From an uncultured virus (IMG/VR IMGVR_UViG_3300037440_000410) (lineage: Duplodnaviria; Heunggongvirae; Uroviricota; Caudoviricetes), in the IMG/VR virus record IMGVR_UViG_3300037440_000410: 64,000 bases of DNA. One strand, given 5' to 3'. Under the pieces are notes generated by a model. It searched no databases. It saw only the letters and a list, made by a program, of their open reading frames with translations, and was not told where the DNA came from. This document shows, piece after piece, positions 26,497 through 36,498 of the stretch (position 1 is the stretch's first letter; each line of letters opens with the position of its first letter). Position numbers and translations under genes: made by a program.

Positions 26497-29401
26497 TGGC
26501 TCGCACATGTCGGGCGCGATGATCGCTTTGATGCCGACCGTGGAGGATGCGGCCCGGTTGGCGATCGAGGGCGGCGAGGTCGCCGAGCAGCTGCATTTGA
26601 CGCTGTACTTCCTCGGCGACGACGGCACTGCGTGGACCGATGACCAGCGCAAGGAATTGGAAGGCATCGTTCGGGAACGGGTTGCTCTGTTCCCCCCGGT
26701 TGCCGCCCGCGTCTTCGGCGCGGCGCACTGGAATGGCGACGGGGACGATCCGGCCTGGGTCTGGTCCGTTGGGGACGGAGTTCCTGGGGAGGGTTTTCCG
26801 CTGGCGGCGGTGCACGAAGAAGTCGCGGATGCTGTGTTCGATGGGGCGCCGATCGGAGTAAAAATCCCAGCGCAGCACACGCCCTGGCAGCCGCATATTT
26901 GCGCCGCGTACTCCGACGAGCTGGACCTGATCATCGCGTTGGAGGAGCGCCTCGGTCCGGTCGCGTTCGACCGCATTCGGGTGGCGTTCGCCGGAGAGCA
27001 CACCGACATCCCCCTCGGCGGCAGCATGACGGCTGCGGCCGGTCCGTTGCGTCGTCAGCCCACCGATTTGGAGCTCGCCTCCCGCGTCGACTTCGCCGAG
27101 ATGGACAAGGCATGGCGCGACGCCGTCAACGCCACCATCGACGCCTGGGCCGACATCCAGACCGTCCAGCGCGAGCAGATCACCGCCGCCGTACAAGCCG
27201 CAGCCGAGGCCGACGACCTCGACCGTCTCGACACTTTCACCCCGGACACCGGCGACGCCGAACGCCTGCTGATCGCCCGGATGATCGCCTACGCGCGGGA
27301 GGCCGGAGAGCAGCAGCAGGCCGAGGCCGAAGCCCAGGGCGTCAGCGTGCCCGATTGGTCGCTGGACGACGAAGCCCTGACGGCGGCTGCGATCCGGGAC
27401 CGGCTGCGGCAGATCGGCCGGACCGCCGCGCGGGTGCTCGGGGTGGGGCTGGTGCAGTCCGCGGTGCGGCAGGCGATGCGCGTGTGGGGATCCGGTACGG
27501 CCGCGCAGGTCGCTGCTCAGGTTGATGAGCATTTGGCCGGGCTGTCGGGTGCGCAGGTGGAGGAGCAGGTGGGTGCGGCGATGACGTCCGCGCAGAACGA
27601 GGGCCGCATGGCCGTCCTCGCGGTCGCACCGCCCGCCACGTACACAGCTTCGGAAATCTTGGACAAATCGTCATGTAAACCCTGCCGGGACATCGACGGC
27701 ACCAAGTACGCCGACCTCACCGCGGCCCGCGTCGCGTACCCGACAGGCGGCTACACCGGCTGTCTCGGCGGTCCGCGCTGTAGGGGAACGCTCGTCACGG
27801 TGTGGCCCCAGAGCAGCGAGCAGGCAGCAGCCGGAATGATCTTGGCGGCGAGTGCCAACACAATGCCGCAGACCAACGAGCAGGGAGGCACCGTGCCGTA
27901 CAGCATCGTGCAGGACCACCCGGACTGCGGTGCCGATACGCCGTGGGCCGTCACCAAAGACGCCGACAACGAACTCATGGGCTGCCACGACAGCGAAGCC
28001 GCCGCCGAAGAGCAGCGCGCCGCCCTGTACGCCGAAGAGGGCGACATGCCCGACGACATGGCGAAGAAACCCGAAGACGAGAACATGGACTACGCCGGCC
28101 AGACCGCACCCTGGCGTGGCCCCCTCGCCGTCGAAGGACAGGTCACCGGCGACGGCCGCGAGTTCGCCCCGGACGCGCTCACCTGGGCCGAACTGCCCGT
28201 GCCGCTCCGCTGGAACAAAGAGGACTCCCACGGCGGAGAAGCCCGCACGATCGCGGTCAACGTGGGCCGCATCGACAAGATCTGGCGCGACGGCAGTCTC
28301 ATCATGGGCGAGGGCGTCCTCGACCTCTCCGACGACGACGGCCGCCGCGTCCACGCCAAGATCGAAGGCAAGTTCCTGCGCGGCGTGTCCATCGATGCCG
28401 ACTCCATCGCTGACGCCGACGTCGAGCTCGTGTGGCCCGACGACGTCAACGCCGGGACGGAGGAAGCCGACGAGGGCGACCTGTTCGAGATGCTCTTCGC
28501 GCAGCCCGAGAAGATGATTTTCCACGGCGGACGCATCCGCGCCGCCACGTTGGTCGACATCCCCGCGTTCGCCGAGGCGTACATCGCCCTCCTCGACGAG
28601 GCCGGCGCTGTCGTGGCCGGCGGCCAGCCCGTCGGCGAGGCTGTCGTGCAGGCGGCACAGGAAGACGCTCGGAAGGCGAAGGAGTCCACGCGTCCGCTGC
28701 GGGTTGTCACGGCAGGTGCTGCCGCCCACCCGGCGATGGGCGACCTGTGGAAGCCGCCCGCCGAGTGGTTCAACAACCCGGCACTTCCCTTCTACTGCGG
28801 CATCGTCGTCACCGACCAGGGCCGCATCTACGGACACGCCGCACCGTTCGGGTCGTGCCACATCGGGATCGACGGTGAGTGCGTCACGGTGCCCCGAGAG
28901 AACGAGCACTCGCACTACATGACCGGTGAGACCGTCTGCGACAACGGGACGCGGGTGCCGATCGGCCAGATCACCGTCGGCACCGGGCACGCCCCCCTGC
29001 ACTACGGGGCGCAGGCGGCGGCGGAGCACTACGACAACACCGGTTCTGCGGTCGCCGATGTGGCGGTGGGCAACGACAAGCACGGCATCTGGGTGGCGGG
29101 TGCGATCCGTCCGAACGCCGATCCGTTGAGCGTGTACGAACTGCGGGCGTCGGGCCGGGTGTCGGGTGACTGGCGTCGTATCGGCGGCCAGTTGCGGATG
29201 GTGGGTCTGCTGGGTGTCAATGTCGCCGGGTTCCTGGAGGAGGCGAAGATGCGGACGCTGGTCTCTGCCGGGCAGCCGCAGGCCCTTGTTGCGGCTGGTG
29301 TTCCGAGGCAGCAGTGGGCCATGTCGAAGGATGAGTCGGAGCGTCAGGCTGTGCGGGTCGTGATGCGGATGCTGTCCCGCCGAGTCCACCCGGGGAGGTG
29401 A
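26471..29401 (+). CDS. Fusion: 2H phosphoesterase-like domain, MuF-like minor head domain and capsid maturation protease
   Basis: HLTL and PHIC 2H motifs; CKPC...CLGGPRCRG MuF-type cysteines; TGDGR...SHGG...VGRID...RGVSID...RAATLV protease-like domain. Confidence 0.75.
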   Translation: MDSLAAAADGSHMSGAMIALMPTVEDAARLAIEGGEVAEQLHLTLYFLGDDGTAWTDDQRKELEGIVRERVALFPPVAARVFGAAHWNGDGDDPAWVWSVGDGVPGEGFPLAAVHEEVADAVFDGAPIGVKIPAQHTPWQPHICAAYSDELDLIIALEERLGPVAFDRIRVAFAGEHTDIPLGGSMTAAAGPLRRQPTDLELASRVDFAEMDKAWRDAVNATIDAWADIQTVQREQITAAVQAAAEADDLDRLDTFTPDTGDAERLLIARMIAYAREAGEQQQAEAEAQGVSVPDWSLDDEALTAAAIRDRLRQIGRTAARVLGVGLVQSAVRQAMRVWGSGTAAQVAAQVDEHLAGLSGAQVEEQVGAAMTSAQNEGRMAVLAVAPPATYTASEILDKSSCKPCRDIDGTKYADLTAARVAYPTGGYTGCLGGPRCRGTLVTVWPQSSEQAAAGMILAASANTMPQTNEQGGTVPYSIVQDHPDCGADTPWAVTKDADNELMGCHDSEAAAEEQRAALYAEEGDMPDDMAKKPEDENMDYAGQTAPWRGPLAVEGQVTGDGREFAPDALTWAELPVPLRWNKEDSHGGEARTIAVNVGRIDKIWRDGSLIMGEGVLDLSDDDGRRVHAKIEGKFLRGVSIDADSIADADVELVWPDDVNAGTEEADEGDLFEMLFAQPEKMIFHGGRIRAATLVDIPAFAEAYIALLDEAGAVVAGGQPVGEAVVQAAQEDARKAKESTRPLRVVTAGAAAHPAMGDLWKPPAEWFNNPALPFYCGIVVTDQGRIYGHAAPFGSCHIGIDGECVTVPRENEHSHYMTGETVCDNGTRVPIGQITVGTGHAPLHYGAQAAAEHYDNTGSAVADVAVGNDKHGIWVAGAIRPNADPLSVYELRASGRVSGDWRRIGGQLRMVGLLGVNVAGFLEEAKMRTLVSAGQPQALVAAGVPRQQWAMSKDESERQAVRVVMRMLSRRVHPGR

Positions 29402-29407
29402 AAGCGA

Positions 29408-29470
29408 ATGTGCAGTTGCAATAAGAGGCGTCGCCCGACACCTCCGCCGCCGCCCCCTCCGAGCGCCTGA
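29408..29470 (+). CDS. 20-aa Cys/Pro-rich peptide MCSCNKRRRPTPPPPPPPSA
   Basis: GGGAGGTG RBS upstream; lies between protease and capsid genes. Confidence 0.55.
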   Translation: MCSCNKRRRPTPPPPPPPSA

Positions 29471-29482
29471 CCTTTACTTATG

Positions 29483-29536
29483 CGGACCGGCGAAGTTAAT
29501 TGACTCTTTGCCGGTCCGTGTGCTATGCGCTAACCT
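29483..29536 (+). promoter_or_regulatory. Hairpin/operator and candidate promoter upstream of the capsid gene
   Basis: CGGACCGGCGAAG-N10-CTTTGCCGGTCCG inverted repeat; TTGCCG-N17-TAACCT. Confidence 0.45.
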
Positions 29537-29593
29537 CCGTGATCAAAGGGCGCCAACACCGCAGGCGCACACCCCTTCACACCGGAGGACAAC

Positions 29594-31351
29594 GTGCCAG
29601 CCGAGGAACTCTTCAGCGCCCCCACCGACCTCACCCTCGTCGGCGACGACGACCTCTCCGCCCTCGAAACCGAAGGCACCGCCGAGTTCGACCGCGTCCA
29701 CGGCTCCGACAACGTCGACCCCGACACGCTCCAGTACGCGATGCGCCTCGCCAACGACCTCGACCGCATCCGCGCCGAACTCTCCGTCCGCGAAGTCCGC
29801 GCCCAGCGCAACGCCGACCTCGAACAGGCCCGCACCGCCGAGCAGCTCACCGCACTCCAGCAGCGCGTCCACGGCCCCACCGACGCGACCGCCCAGGCCG
29901 CGACCTCCGCGATCGACCCCGAAGCGATCGCCGCCGCCGCCGCGCGGGGCGTCACCGCAGGCATGATCGCCATGATGGGCGAACGCCGCGGCAACCTCGA
30001 CCCCGAGGCCCTCGCACGACGGGCCACCGCGTCCCTCGCCGAGACCGCCCGGCACGCCCCCGCACCGAAGGTCCCCAGCGCGAAGCTCGCGGTCACCGCG
30101 TCCGTCGACATCCCCGGCGTCGCCCACGGCGGGACACTTCCCACCCTGCGCTCCCTCGCCGAAGTGGTGTCGCGCAAGGCCAAGTCGATGCCGGTCACGC
30201 AGAACAACCCGAACCACCAGCTCGTGGCCAGCATTCGCAACGACTTCTCGCACACCATCGACGACCGCACCAGCCCCGGACAGGTCAAGGACCTCATCGA
30301 GTTCCTCACCGGCCCGGACAAGCAGCAGGCGTTGGTGGCGGGCGGCGGATGGTGCGCCCCCTCCGAGATCCGCTACGACTTCTTCAACATCGCCTGCGAA
30401 GACGGCATGATCGACCTGCCCACCTTCGGCGTCAGCCGCGGCGGCATCCAGTTCCCCGTCTCCCCGAGCCTGGCCGACGCACTCGGCGGCGGCACCGCCT
30501 TCGCCGGATTCGCTGCCACCCTCTCCAACACGTCGACGCCGTTCCTGTGGACCGAGGCCGACGACATAGCCGCCGCCACCGGCACCCCGACGAAGCCGTG
30601 CATCAGGGTGCCCTGCCCGGACTTCGACGAAGCGCGCCTGGAGTGCTACGGGTACTGCCTCACCGCAGGCAACCTCACCGACGACGCGTACCCGGAGGCG
30701 ACGCAGCACATGCTGCAACTCCTCATGTCCGCGCACGCGCACGTCATCAACGCCCAGTTGATCGCGCAGATGCTCCTCGCCTCCTCCGCGACCACCACCA
30801 TCGGCGGCGTTACCACCGACGCCGCCGCGCCCCGCATCTACAACGCGGTCGGCATGGCAGCCACGGACTACCGCGCCCGCTACGGCATGTGCATCGACGA
30901 CGTCCTCGAAGTCGTCCTCCCCTACTGGGTCCGCGAGACGATCCGCGCCGACCTCGCCTGGAAGCAGGGCGTTGAACTCCAGGCCGTCACCAACGCGGAG
31001 GTCGACTCCTACTTCGTCGCCCGCAACGTCCGCGTCCAGTGGGTCAACGACTGGCAGGTCCGCGGCGCCTCACAGTTCGGCAACGCGACCCCGATGACCG
31101 CCTGGCCGACGACCGTGGACTTCCTCATCTACGCGGCCGGCACGTTCATCCACGGCAACGGGCTGTCCCTGGACCTCGGTGTGATCCGCGACTCGGTTCT
31201 CAACGAGACCAACGACCACACCGCGGCCTGGTCCGAGGAGTGCCACCTCGTCGCCCGCGTCGGCCACGAGAGCAGGCGGTACACCGTCGCGTTCAACGTC
31301 AGCGGCCAGTCCGGTGGCACCGTGGCCACCCCCAACGGCGCCCACGTCTGA
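29594..31351 (+). CDS. Major capsid protein with N-terminal scaffold-like extension
   Basis: Coiled-coil N-terminus; GGWCAPSE, LPTFGVSRGG, KPCIRVPCP motifs; GGAGG RBS. Confidence 0.85.
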   Translation: MPAEELFSAPTDLTLVGDDDLSALETEGTAEFDRVHGSDNVDPDTLQYAMRLANDLDRIRAELSVREVRAQRNADLEQARTAEQLTALQQRVHGPTDATAQAATSAIDPEAIAAAAARGVTAGMIAMMGERRGNLDPEALARRATASLAETARHAPAPKVPSAKLAVTASVDIPGVAHGGTLPTLRSLAEVVSRKAKSMPVTQNNPNHQLVASIRNDFSHTIDDRTSPGQVKDLIEFLTGPDKQQALVAGGGWCAPSEIRYDFFNIACEDGMIDLPTFGVSRGGIQFPVSPSLADALGGGTAFAGFAATLSNTSTPFLWTEADDIAAATGTPTKPCIRVPCPDFDEARLECYGYCLTAGNLTDDAYPEATQHMLQLLMSAHAHVINAQLIAQMLLASSATTTIGGVTTDAAAPRIYNAVGMAATDYRARYGMCIDDVLEVVLPYWVRETIRADLAWKQGVELQAVTNAEVDSYFVARNVRVQWVNDWQVRGASQFGNATPMTAWPTTVDFLIYAAGTFIHGNGLSLDLGVIRDSVLNETNDHTAAWSEECHLVARVGHESRRYTVAFNVSGQSGGTVATPNGAHV

Positions 31352-31392
31352 CCATCCCCGTGCAACGAGCAGCAGAAGGGTGGTGAGCGCCG

Positions 31393-32274
31393 GTGGCCGG
31401 AGCACGCCAGATCATTGCACCGCCGACGTTCACCGCCCTGTCGTACGGGCTGTGGGAAACCATCCAGCACCCCGCCCCGCCGCCGCACTGGCAGCAGGGC
31501 GTCACCTGGATCGAGCACTGCCCCACCGCAGACACGACGTACGACGAATGCCTCGCCGTCACCGGCACCGGGGGCGCACCGCCCGAACCGCCCGCCAAGA
31601 CCAGCAACGTCGAGCAGACGTTCCGGGGTGCTACCCCGTTCACGGTGTACGCCGAGTTCGAATGCTCCCCGGTGGGTGTGGGCGAGGCGGGGTCGGTTGC
31701 CGCTGATGCGCTGGCCCGGGTGGAGCAGCAGCAGGTAGAGGCGGCGTTCTGGACGGGCACGGCCGGCGGGCAGCCGGTGGTGTTCCCGCATCTTGCGGCG
31801 GACGCCGAGGTGCTGGACTCGCAGGACATTGTGCTTCAGCCCGTCGCCTCCCCAGTTGTGACGGGCGCTGATGTGGCGCATGCGCTCGGTGAGCTGGAGC
31901 AGGATCTCGCCGCCTGCTACGCCGGGCAGGGCCTCATTCACGTCCCGCGTCTGGCGCTGCCGACCCTGGCTGCCGCCTATCTGGTTGTCGAGCGGGACGG
32001 GCTGCTGTACACCCCGGCCGGGAACCGGATCGTGGTCGGCGGCGGCTACACGGGCACGGGCCCCGACGGCGCCGCGCCAGCCGCCGGAACGGCGTGGATC
32101 TATGCGACCGGGAGCGCGTTCGGCTACCGCTCCGATGTGTTCTTCACCGAGGTCCGCGACTCCCTGGACCGGTCCGCGAACACGATCCGCATGATCGCCG
32201 AGCGCACCTATCTGCTCGGCTTCGAGTGCTGCCATCTGGCTGCGCACATCGTCCTGGGCGTGCCCACCGAGTAG
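31393..32274 (+). CDS. Capsid-associated structural protein
   Basis: Directly follows the capsid gene; PFTVYAEFECS motif. Confidence 0.6.
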   Translation: MAGARQIIAPPTFTALSYGLWETIQHPAPPPHWQQGVTWIEHCPTADTTYDECLAVTGTGGAPPEPPAKTSNVEQTFRGATPFTVYAEFECSPVGVGEAGSVAADALARVEQQQVEAAFWTGTAGGQPVVFPHLAADAEVLDSQDIVLQPVASPVVTGADVAHALGELEQDLAACYAGQGLIHVPRLALPTLAAAYLVVERDGLLYTPAGNRIVVGGGYTGTGPDGAAPAAGTAWIYATGSAFGYRSDVFFTEVRDSLDRSANTIRMIAERTYLLGFECCHLAAHIVLGVPTE

Positions 32275-32286
32275 GAGTAGATCACC

Positions 32287-32964
32287 ATGGCAGCTACGTC
32301 GACGTGCGCGACTCCCATCAAGGGCACGCACCTGAGGGTCATCGCCCTGGACGCCTGCGGCGTTCCCGTCACCGGCACACCGGGTCTGGTCGGTGTCTCG
32401 TCCGGGTTCGTGCAGGTCGAGATGGAACCGGACTACGAGGACGGCGAGGAGTTCTTCGAGCGGACCGCCTCAGGCGAGCCGTGCGTAAACCAGAAGGACG
32501 ACCCGACACTGAAGCGGTTCATGCTGACCGTTCAGTGGTGCGAGATCAACGTGTCCCTCTCCTCCTACATGATCTCGGCGACCGAACTCACCACCGGTAC
32601 CCCCACGACCGGAACCGGCTTCGGCGTCGACGAAGGCAACCCCACCAACCGGTACAGCCTGGAAGTGTGGCAGGAAGTAGCGGGTGCTGGGGCCTGCGAC
32701 GAGTCCGGGAATCAGCGGTACATCTACCACGCGTGGCCCAACGTCGGCGCAACCCAGCTGGGTTCCTACACGATCGAGAACGCCCGCTCCACGCTGGAGT
32801 TCACTTCCGAAACCCGGGGTGCCGGAACGAACTGGCTCAGTCTTGTCGGCGCGGACTGGCTGCCGGTGGGGATCACGGTGCCTGCCACCAGGCACTGGAT
32901 GTACAACGTCACCACCACGCCGCCGCCGGACGCGGCGTGCGATCCCACCGTCCTCGCCGCGTAG
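32287..32964 (+). CDS. Major tail protein
   Basis: LDACG...GFVQVEMEPDYEDGEE...CVNQ; position. Confidence 0.7.
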   Translation: MAATSTCATPIKGTHLRVIALDACGVPVTGTPGLVGVSSGFVQVEMEPDYEDGEEFFERTASGEPCVNQKDDPTLKRFMLTVQWCEINVSLSSYMISATELTTGTPTTGTGFGVDEGNPTNRYSLEVWQEVAGAGACDESGNQRYIYHAWPNVGATQLGSYTIENARSTLEFTSETRGAGTNWLSLVGADWLPVGITVPATRHWMYNVTTTPPPDAACDPTVLAA

Positions 32965-32973
32965 GGATTCGCC

Positions 32974-33507
32974 GTGGCCATGACACTGCTCCAGGCACAC
33001 AGTGCGGTCTCCGATCCTCACGGAGACCGCGCTTACGCCGATACGAAATTCGTTCCCCTCGAAGGGGACGTCATCAGCAAGACACGCACCGTGGACAAGC
33101 CCACGGACGAACCCAGAACATCAACCACCCTCGAGGCTGACACCAGCCTGACAGTTGAGGTCGCCGCGGACGCCAGGTACGCCGTGGACGCCTTCCTCAT
33201 CGTTGACGGTGACCTCGAGGCGGCCATGAGCCTGACGTTCACGGCCCCGGCCGACGCCTCGGGTTCGTGGACCCCCATGGCTCCGGCGACGGCCGGTGGA
33301 GCGGAGGTGCAGTTGAAGCAGCTCTCCTTCGGTGAGGCTGCCACCGTCGGCGTCACCGCCGAGGGCGTGATCATCCCCCCGCGGGGTTCCGTCGCCACCG
33401 GCGCCACCGCCGGAGCGTTCACGCTCCGATGGGCGCCGGCCACCACACCCGCCGGGCCGCTCACCCTGCGGGCCGGGTCCTGGCTGCTGCTGACACGCAC
33501 GGGGTGA
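32974..33507 (+). CDS. Structural protein, beta-rich
   Basis: Operon position; Thr/Ala/Gly-rich. Confidence 0.55.
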   Translation: MAMTLLQAHSAVSDPHGDRAYADTKFVPLEGDVISKTRTVDKPTDEPRTSTTLEADTSLTVEVAADARYAVDAFLIVDGDLEAAMSLTFTAPADASGSWTPMAPATAGGAEVQLKQLSFGEAATVGVTAEGVIIPPRGSVATGATAGAFTLRWAPATTPAGPLTLRAGSWLLLTRTG

Positions 33508-33513
33508 GGCGGC

Positions 33514-34692
33514 ATGGCTCTGGCGCAGTACACCGACACCTTCTGGTTCCCCAACGGCAGTCCTGCGGTGAACATCGCTGTCCGGGTGTTCCCGCGCAAC
33601 TCCAGCATCCCGGCCACTTTGTACACCGACGCCACCGGTACCACCCAGATCGTCAGCCCTGCCACCTCCGGCACTGGCCTGCTGTCGTTCTGGGCCGAGT
33701 CGGGCGACTACTGGGTGCACCTGGACACCGAAACGTTCGATGTCACGGTGGGCATGTCGCAGGAGCAGGCCGACCTGTCCACCGGTGTTGCATCCGGTGG
33801 CGAGATCTCCGTCAACGCCCTGAACTCGTCTGCGGTGGACATCACCGCGATGGACGGCTACATCGTCGACTACATCGCGGGGAACCAGGCAGAGCCGGTG
33901 ATCACGCGGGTGAAGACGCCTGCGCAGACGATCCCGATGGATGCTGCCGCGCTGGCGAGGGCGGTGACGTGGTGGGTTGCCGACAGTAGTGGGAGCATCA
34001 TTCAGCAGGCGGGCAAGCCGGATCCGGTGCAGCGTCGTACGCACATTCTGCTGGGTGTGACCGCGCATACCGGTGGTGTGATCGGTGTGGATCAGACGTT
34101 GCCGGTGATCCTGCCGTGGGTGGGGAATCAGCTCGTCGATTTGATGGAGGCGTTGGGGCCGTTCAGTGTCTCCGGGAATGTGATCACGGCGAACGGTGCG
34201 AACCTGATGCTGAATCACAGTGCGGGCACGATGTTCGCCCGCGCGTTCAACCACTACTCCAGTGGTGTCCTCACCCGCAATCCGCACATTTCTGCGACGC
34301 AGGCGCAGACACCGGCCACGTTCATTCAGATCACCGGGTCGGCGACCGCCGCTCCGGCGCTGACACAGACGGTCAATGTTGCGAACTGGGACAACGCGGG
34401 AGTGATCACCCCAGTGGGTGGGGGTGCCAACCAGTCCACCATCCTGCGTGTCTTCCTGTTCGCCAACAACAACGTCAACTTTCAGTTGATCATCCAGTAC
34501 GGGCAGGACACCTACAGCAGCCTCTCTGCTGCGGTGACCGCGATCGGCGCGGAGCCGTTCGTGATCAACCCGACTTTCAACCCGGGCACCGGCACCCTGA
34601 TCGCGTGGATTGCCGTGACCCGCACGGCAACCAACCTGTCCGACATCACGCAGGCCGTGATTGTGGCGCCCGCCAAATTCGCGACACCCTAG
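33514..34692 (+). CDS. Structural protein (fibre/decoration-like)
   Basis: Thr/Ala/Val/Asn-rich beta composition; operon position. Confidence 0.55.
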   Translation: MALAQYTDTFWFPNGSPAVNIAVRVFPRNSSIPATLYTDATGTTQIVSPATSGTGLLSFWAESGDYWVHLDTETFDVTVGMSQEQADLSTGVASGGEISVNALNSSAVDITAMDGYIVDYIAGNQAEPVITRVKTPAQTIPMDAAALARAVTWWVADSSGSIIQQAGKPDPVQRRTHILLGVTAHTGGVIGVDQTLPVILPWVGNQLVDLMEALGPFSVSGNVITANGANLMLNHSAGTMFARAFNHYSSGVLTRNPHISATQAQTPATFIQITGSATAAPALTQTVNVANWDNAGVITPVGGGANQSTILRVFLFANNNVNFQLIIQYGQDTYSSLSAAVTAIGAEPFVINPTFNPGTGTLIAWIAVTRTATNLSDITQAVIVAPAKFATP

Positions 34693-34701
34693 GAGGCTGC
34701 G

Positions 34702-35541
34702 ATGCCGGTCATCAACCCGACGCCGCAGACCGTCCCCGGCGGCACCGGCGACATCACGGGCCCGTGCGCGGACTGGCCCGTCACCTGGACCTGCGACGTC
34801 GACACACTGAACCCGGCCGTGACCGGGCTGGCTGTGTCGATGGCCACGGAGACCCTGTGGTCGCTGACCGGCATGCGGTTCGGGGTGTGTCAGGTGACGC
34901 TCCGCCCGTGCGCCCGCTCGTGCGACAACGGCCGCTTCTACGACGACTTCGGGCCCCCGTGGGAAGGCGGCCGCTCCTACCCGCAGCCCGCACTGATCGG
35001 CGGCCTGTGGTTCAACCTGACGTGCGGCTCCTGCGGCGGTGGCTGCTCCTGCTCCACCGTGTCCGAGGTACTGCTGCCGGCGCCCGTCAACACGATCGTC
35101 GAGGTACTGATCGACGGCACGCCGATGGTGTCGGGCGCCTACCGGGTCGACAACAACCGGCTGCTGGTGCGCACGGACGGCGGCGTGTGGCCGCGCTGCA
35201 ACGACCTCAGCAAGGACGACACCGAGGTGGGTACGTGGTCGGTGACGGCGACGTACGGCGAGGCGTTGCCGGAGGGTGCGTCGCTGGCTGTCGGACAGTT
35301 GGCGTGCGAGATCGCGAAGGCGGCGGCGGGTGGGGACTGCAAACTGCCAGCGGGGTTGCAGCAGTTGGTGCGGCAGGGTGTGACGATCTCGTATCCGGAT
35401 GTGGGGGAGCTGTTCCGGCAGGGCCGCACGGGCTTGTACCTGGTGGACATGTTCGTGTCGACGTGGAATCCGTATGGGTTGCGGCAACGCTCGCGGGTGT
35501 ACAGCGTGGACCGGCCGACGGTACGTAGGGCGGGGACTTGA
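34702..35541 (+). CDS. Head-to-tail adaptor
   Basis: LWSLTGMRFGVC...LRPC, LACEIAKA...CKLP...RQGVT. Confidence 0.7.
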   Translation: MPVINPTPQTVPGGTGDITGPCADWPVTWTCDVDTLNPAVTGLAVSMATETLWSLTGMRFGVCQVTLRPCARSCDNGRFYDDFGPPWEGGRSYPQPALIGGLWFNLTCGSCGGGCSCSTVSEVLLPAPVNTIVEVLIDGTPMVSGAYRVDNNRLLVRTDGGVWPRCNDLSKDDTEVGTWSVTATYGEALPEGASLAVGQLACEIAKAAAGGDCKLPAGLQQLVRQGVTISYPDVGELFRQGRTGLYLVDMFVSTWNPYGLRQRSRVYSVDRPTVRRAGT

Positions 35542-35542
35542 C

Positions 35543-36049
35543 ATGCCGATGATCTCGGGCCCGTTGAAGTGGTACACCGTCGCCTCCACGCTGGAGCAGG
35601 CGGTGTATGCGGAGCTGACCACGAAGCCGGACCGGCATTCGGTGGTGCCGGGTGCGATCGCCTGGGATGCCTGCGACTGCGGGCTCCTCGCCGTGTCGGT
35701 GGCGCAGGTGTTCCTCACCGAGACGTTCCCCGACCAGCTCGCCCGCCGTGTCGGCAACGCCTGCGACGCCCCGTGGGAAGTCGCCGAACTCGTCATTCAG
35801 GTGGTGCGCTGCGCCCCGAACCCTGACGACCCCATGACGGCGCCCACCACAGCCGAACTCGACGCCTCCGCACAGGAGGTTCTGCGCGACGCCTACGAGA
35901 TGCTGCTGGCCGTATCGGTGAAGCTGTGCGAGATGAACCAGGCCCGGGACATCTCCGACTTCATGATGCGCCCCCTGACCGCACAGGGACCGTCCGGCGG
36001 CTGCGTCGGCAACGAACTCCGCGCCTACGTCTCCCTCCCCAGGAACTGA
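35543..36049 (+). CDS. Head-tail/tail completion protein
   Basis: Position; WDACDCGLLAV, VVRCAP, GPSGGCVG. Confidence 0.6.
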   Translation: MPMISGPLKWYTVASTLEQAVYAELTTKPDRHSVVPGAIAWDACDCGLLAVSVAQVFLTETFPDQLARRVGNACDAPWEVAELVIQVVRCAPNPDDPMTAPTTAELDASAQEVLRDAYEMLLAVSVKLCEMNQARDISDFMMRPLTAQGPSGGCVGNELRAYVSLPRN

Positions 36050-36061
36050 GAGGGGCGCGCC

Positions 36062-36454
36062 GTGTTCACCGTGTCGACCAGCTTCAACCTCGACCGCACT
36101 CGCGTGCAGCGGATGCTGCGCCTGCCGGGTGGCATCGTCTACCGCGACATGGAACGCAGGCTGCGCCGTGTCGAAGCCGAAGCGATCCGCCGCGCGCCCG
36201 GAAGCATGAAGCAGGGCATCCGCGTGAGCATCGGGCCCGGCCCCGGCGGCGACTTCCGGGGCACCGTGCGCTCCACTCACCCAGCCAGCATCTATGTGCT
36301 GAACTCGACGAGGCCCCACCGTATTGAGCCTCGACGGCCGGGCGGCGTGCTCCGGTTCACGGTAAACGGGCAGGTCGTATATGCGAGGTTCGTCAACCAT
36401 CCTGGGACGAAGGCTCAGCCATTTTTGCAGGAAGCGTTGCGCGCGGCTCTCTGA
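36062..36454 (+). CDS. Neck/tail completion protein (HK97 gp10-like)
   Basis: Basic protein; TRPHRI...VNHPGTKAQPFLQEAL. Confidence 0.65.
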   Translation: MFTVSTSFNLDRTRVQRMLRLPGGIVYRDMERRLRRVEAEAIRRAPGSMKQGIRVSIGPGPGGDFRGTVRSTHPASIYVLNSTRPHRIEPRRPGGVLRFTVNGQVVYARFVNHPGTKAQPFLQEALRAAL

Positions 36455-36498
36455 CCGCCCGGAATGATCATGCGCGGGGGCGACCTACCGTCCCCACC

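Noticed and set aside
33121..35796. 891-aa minus-strand ORF and similar long antisense ORFs (5820-7550, 27671-29389, 40621-42183)
   Set aside because: Shadow ORFs opposite well-supported genes, expected in high-GC DNA; no motifs or RBS
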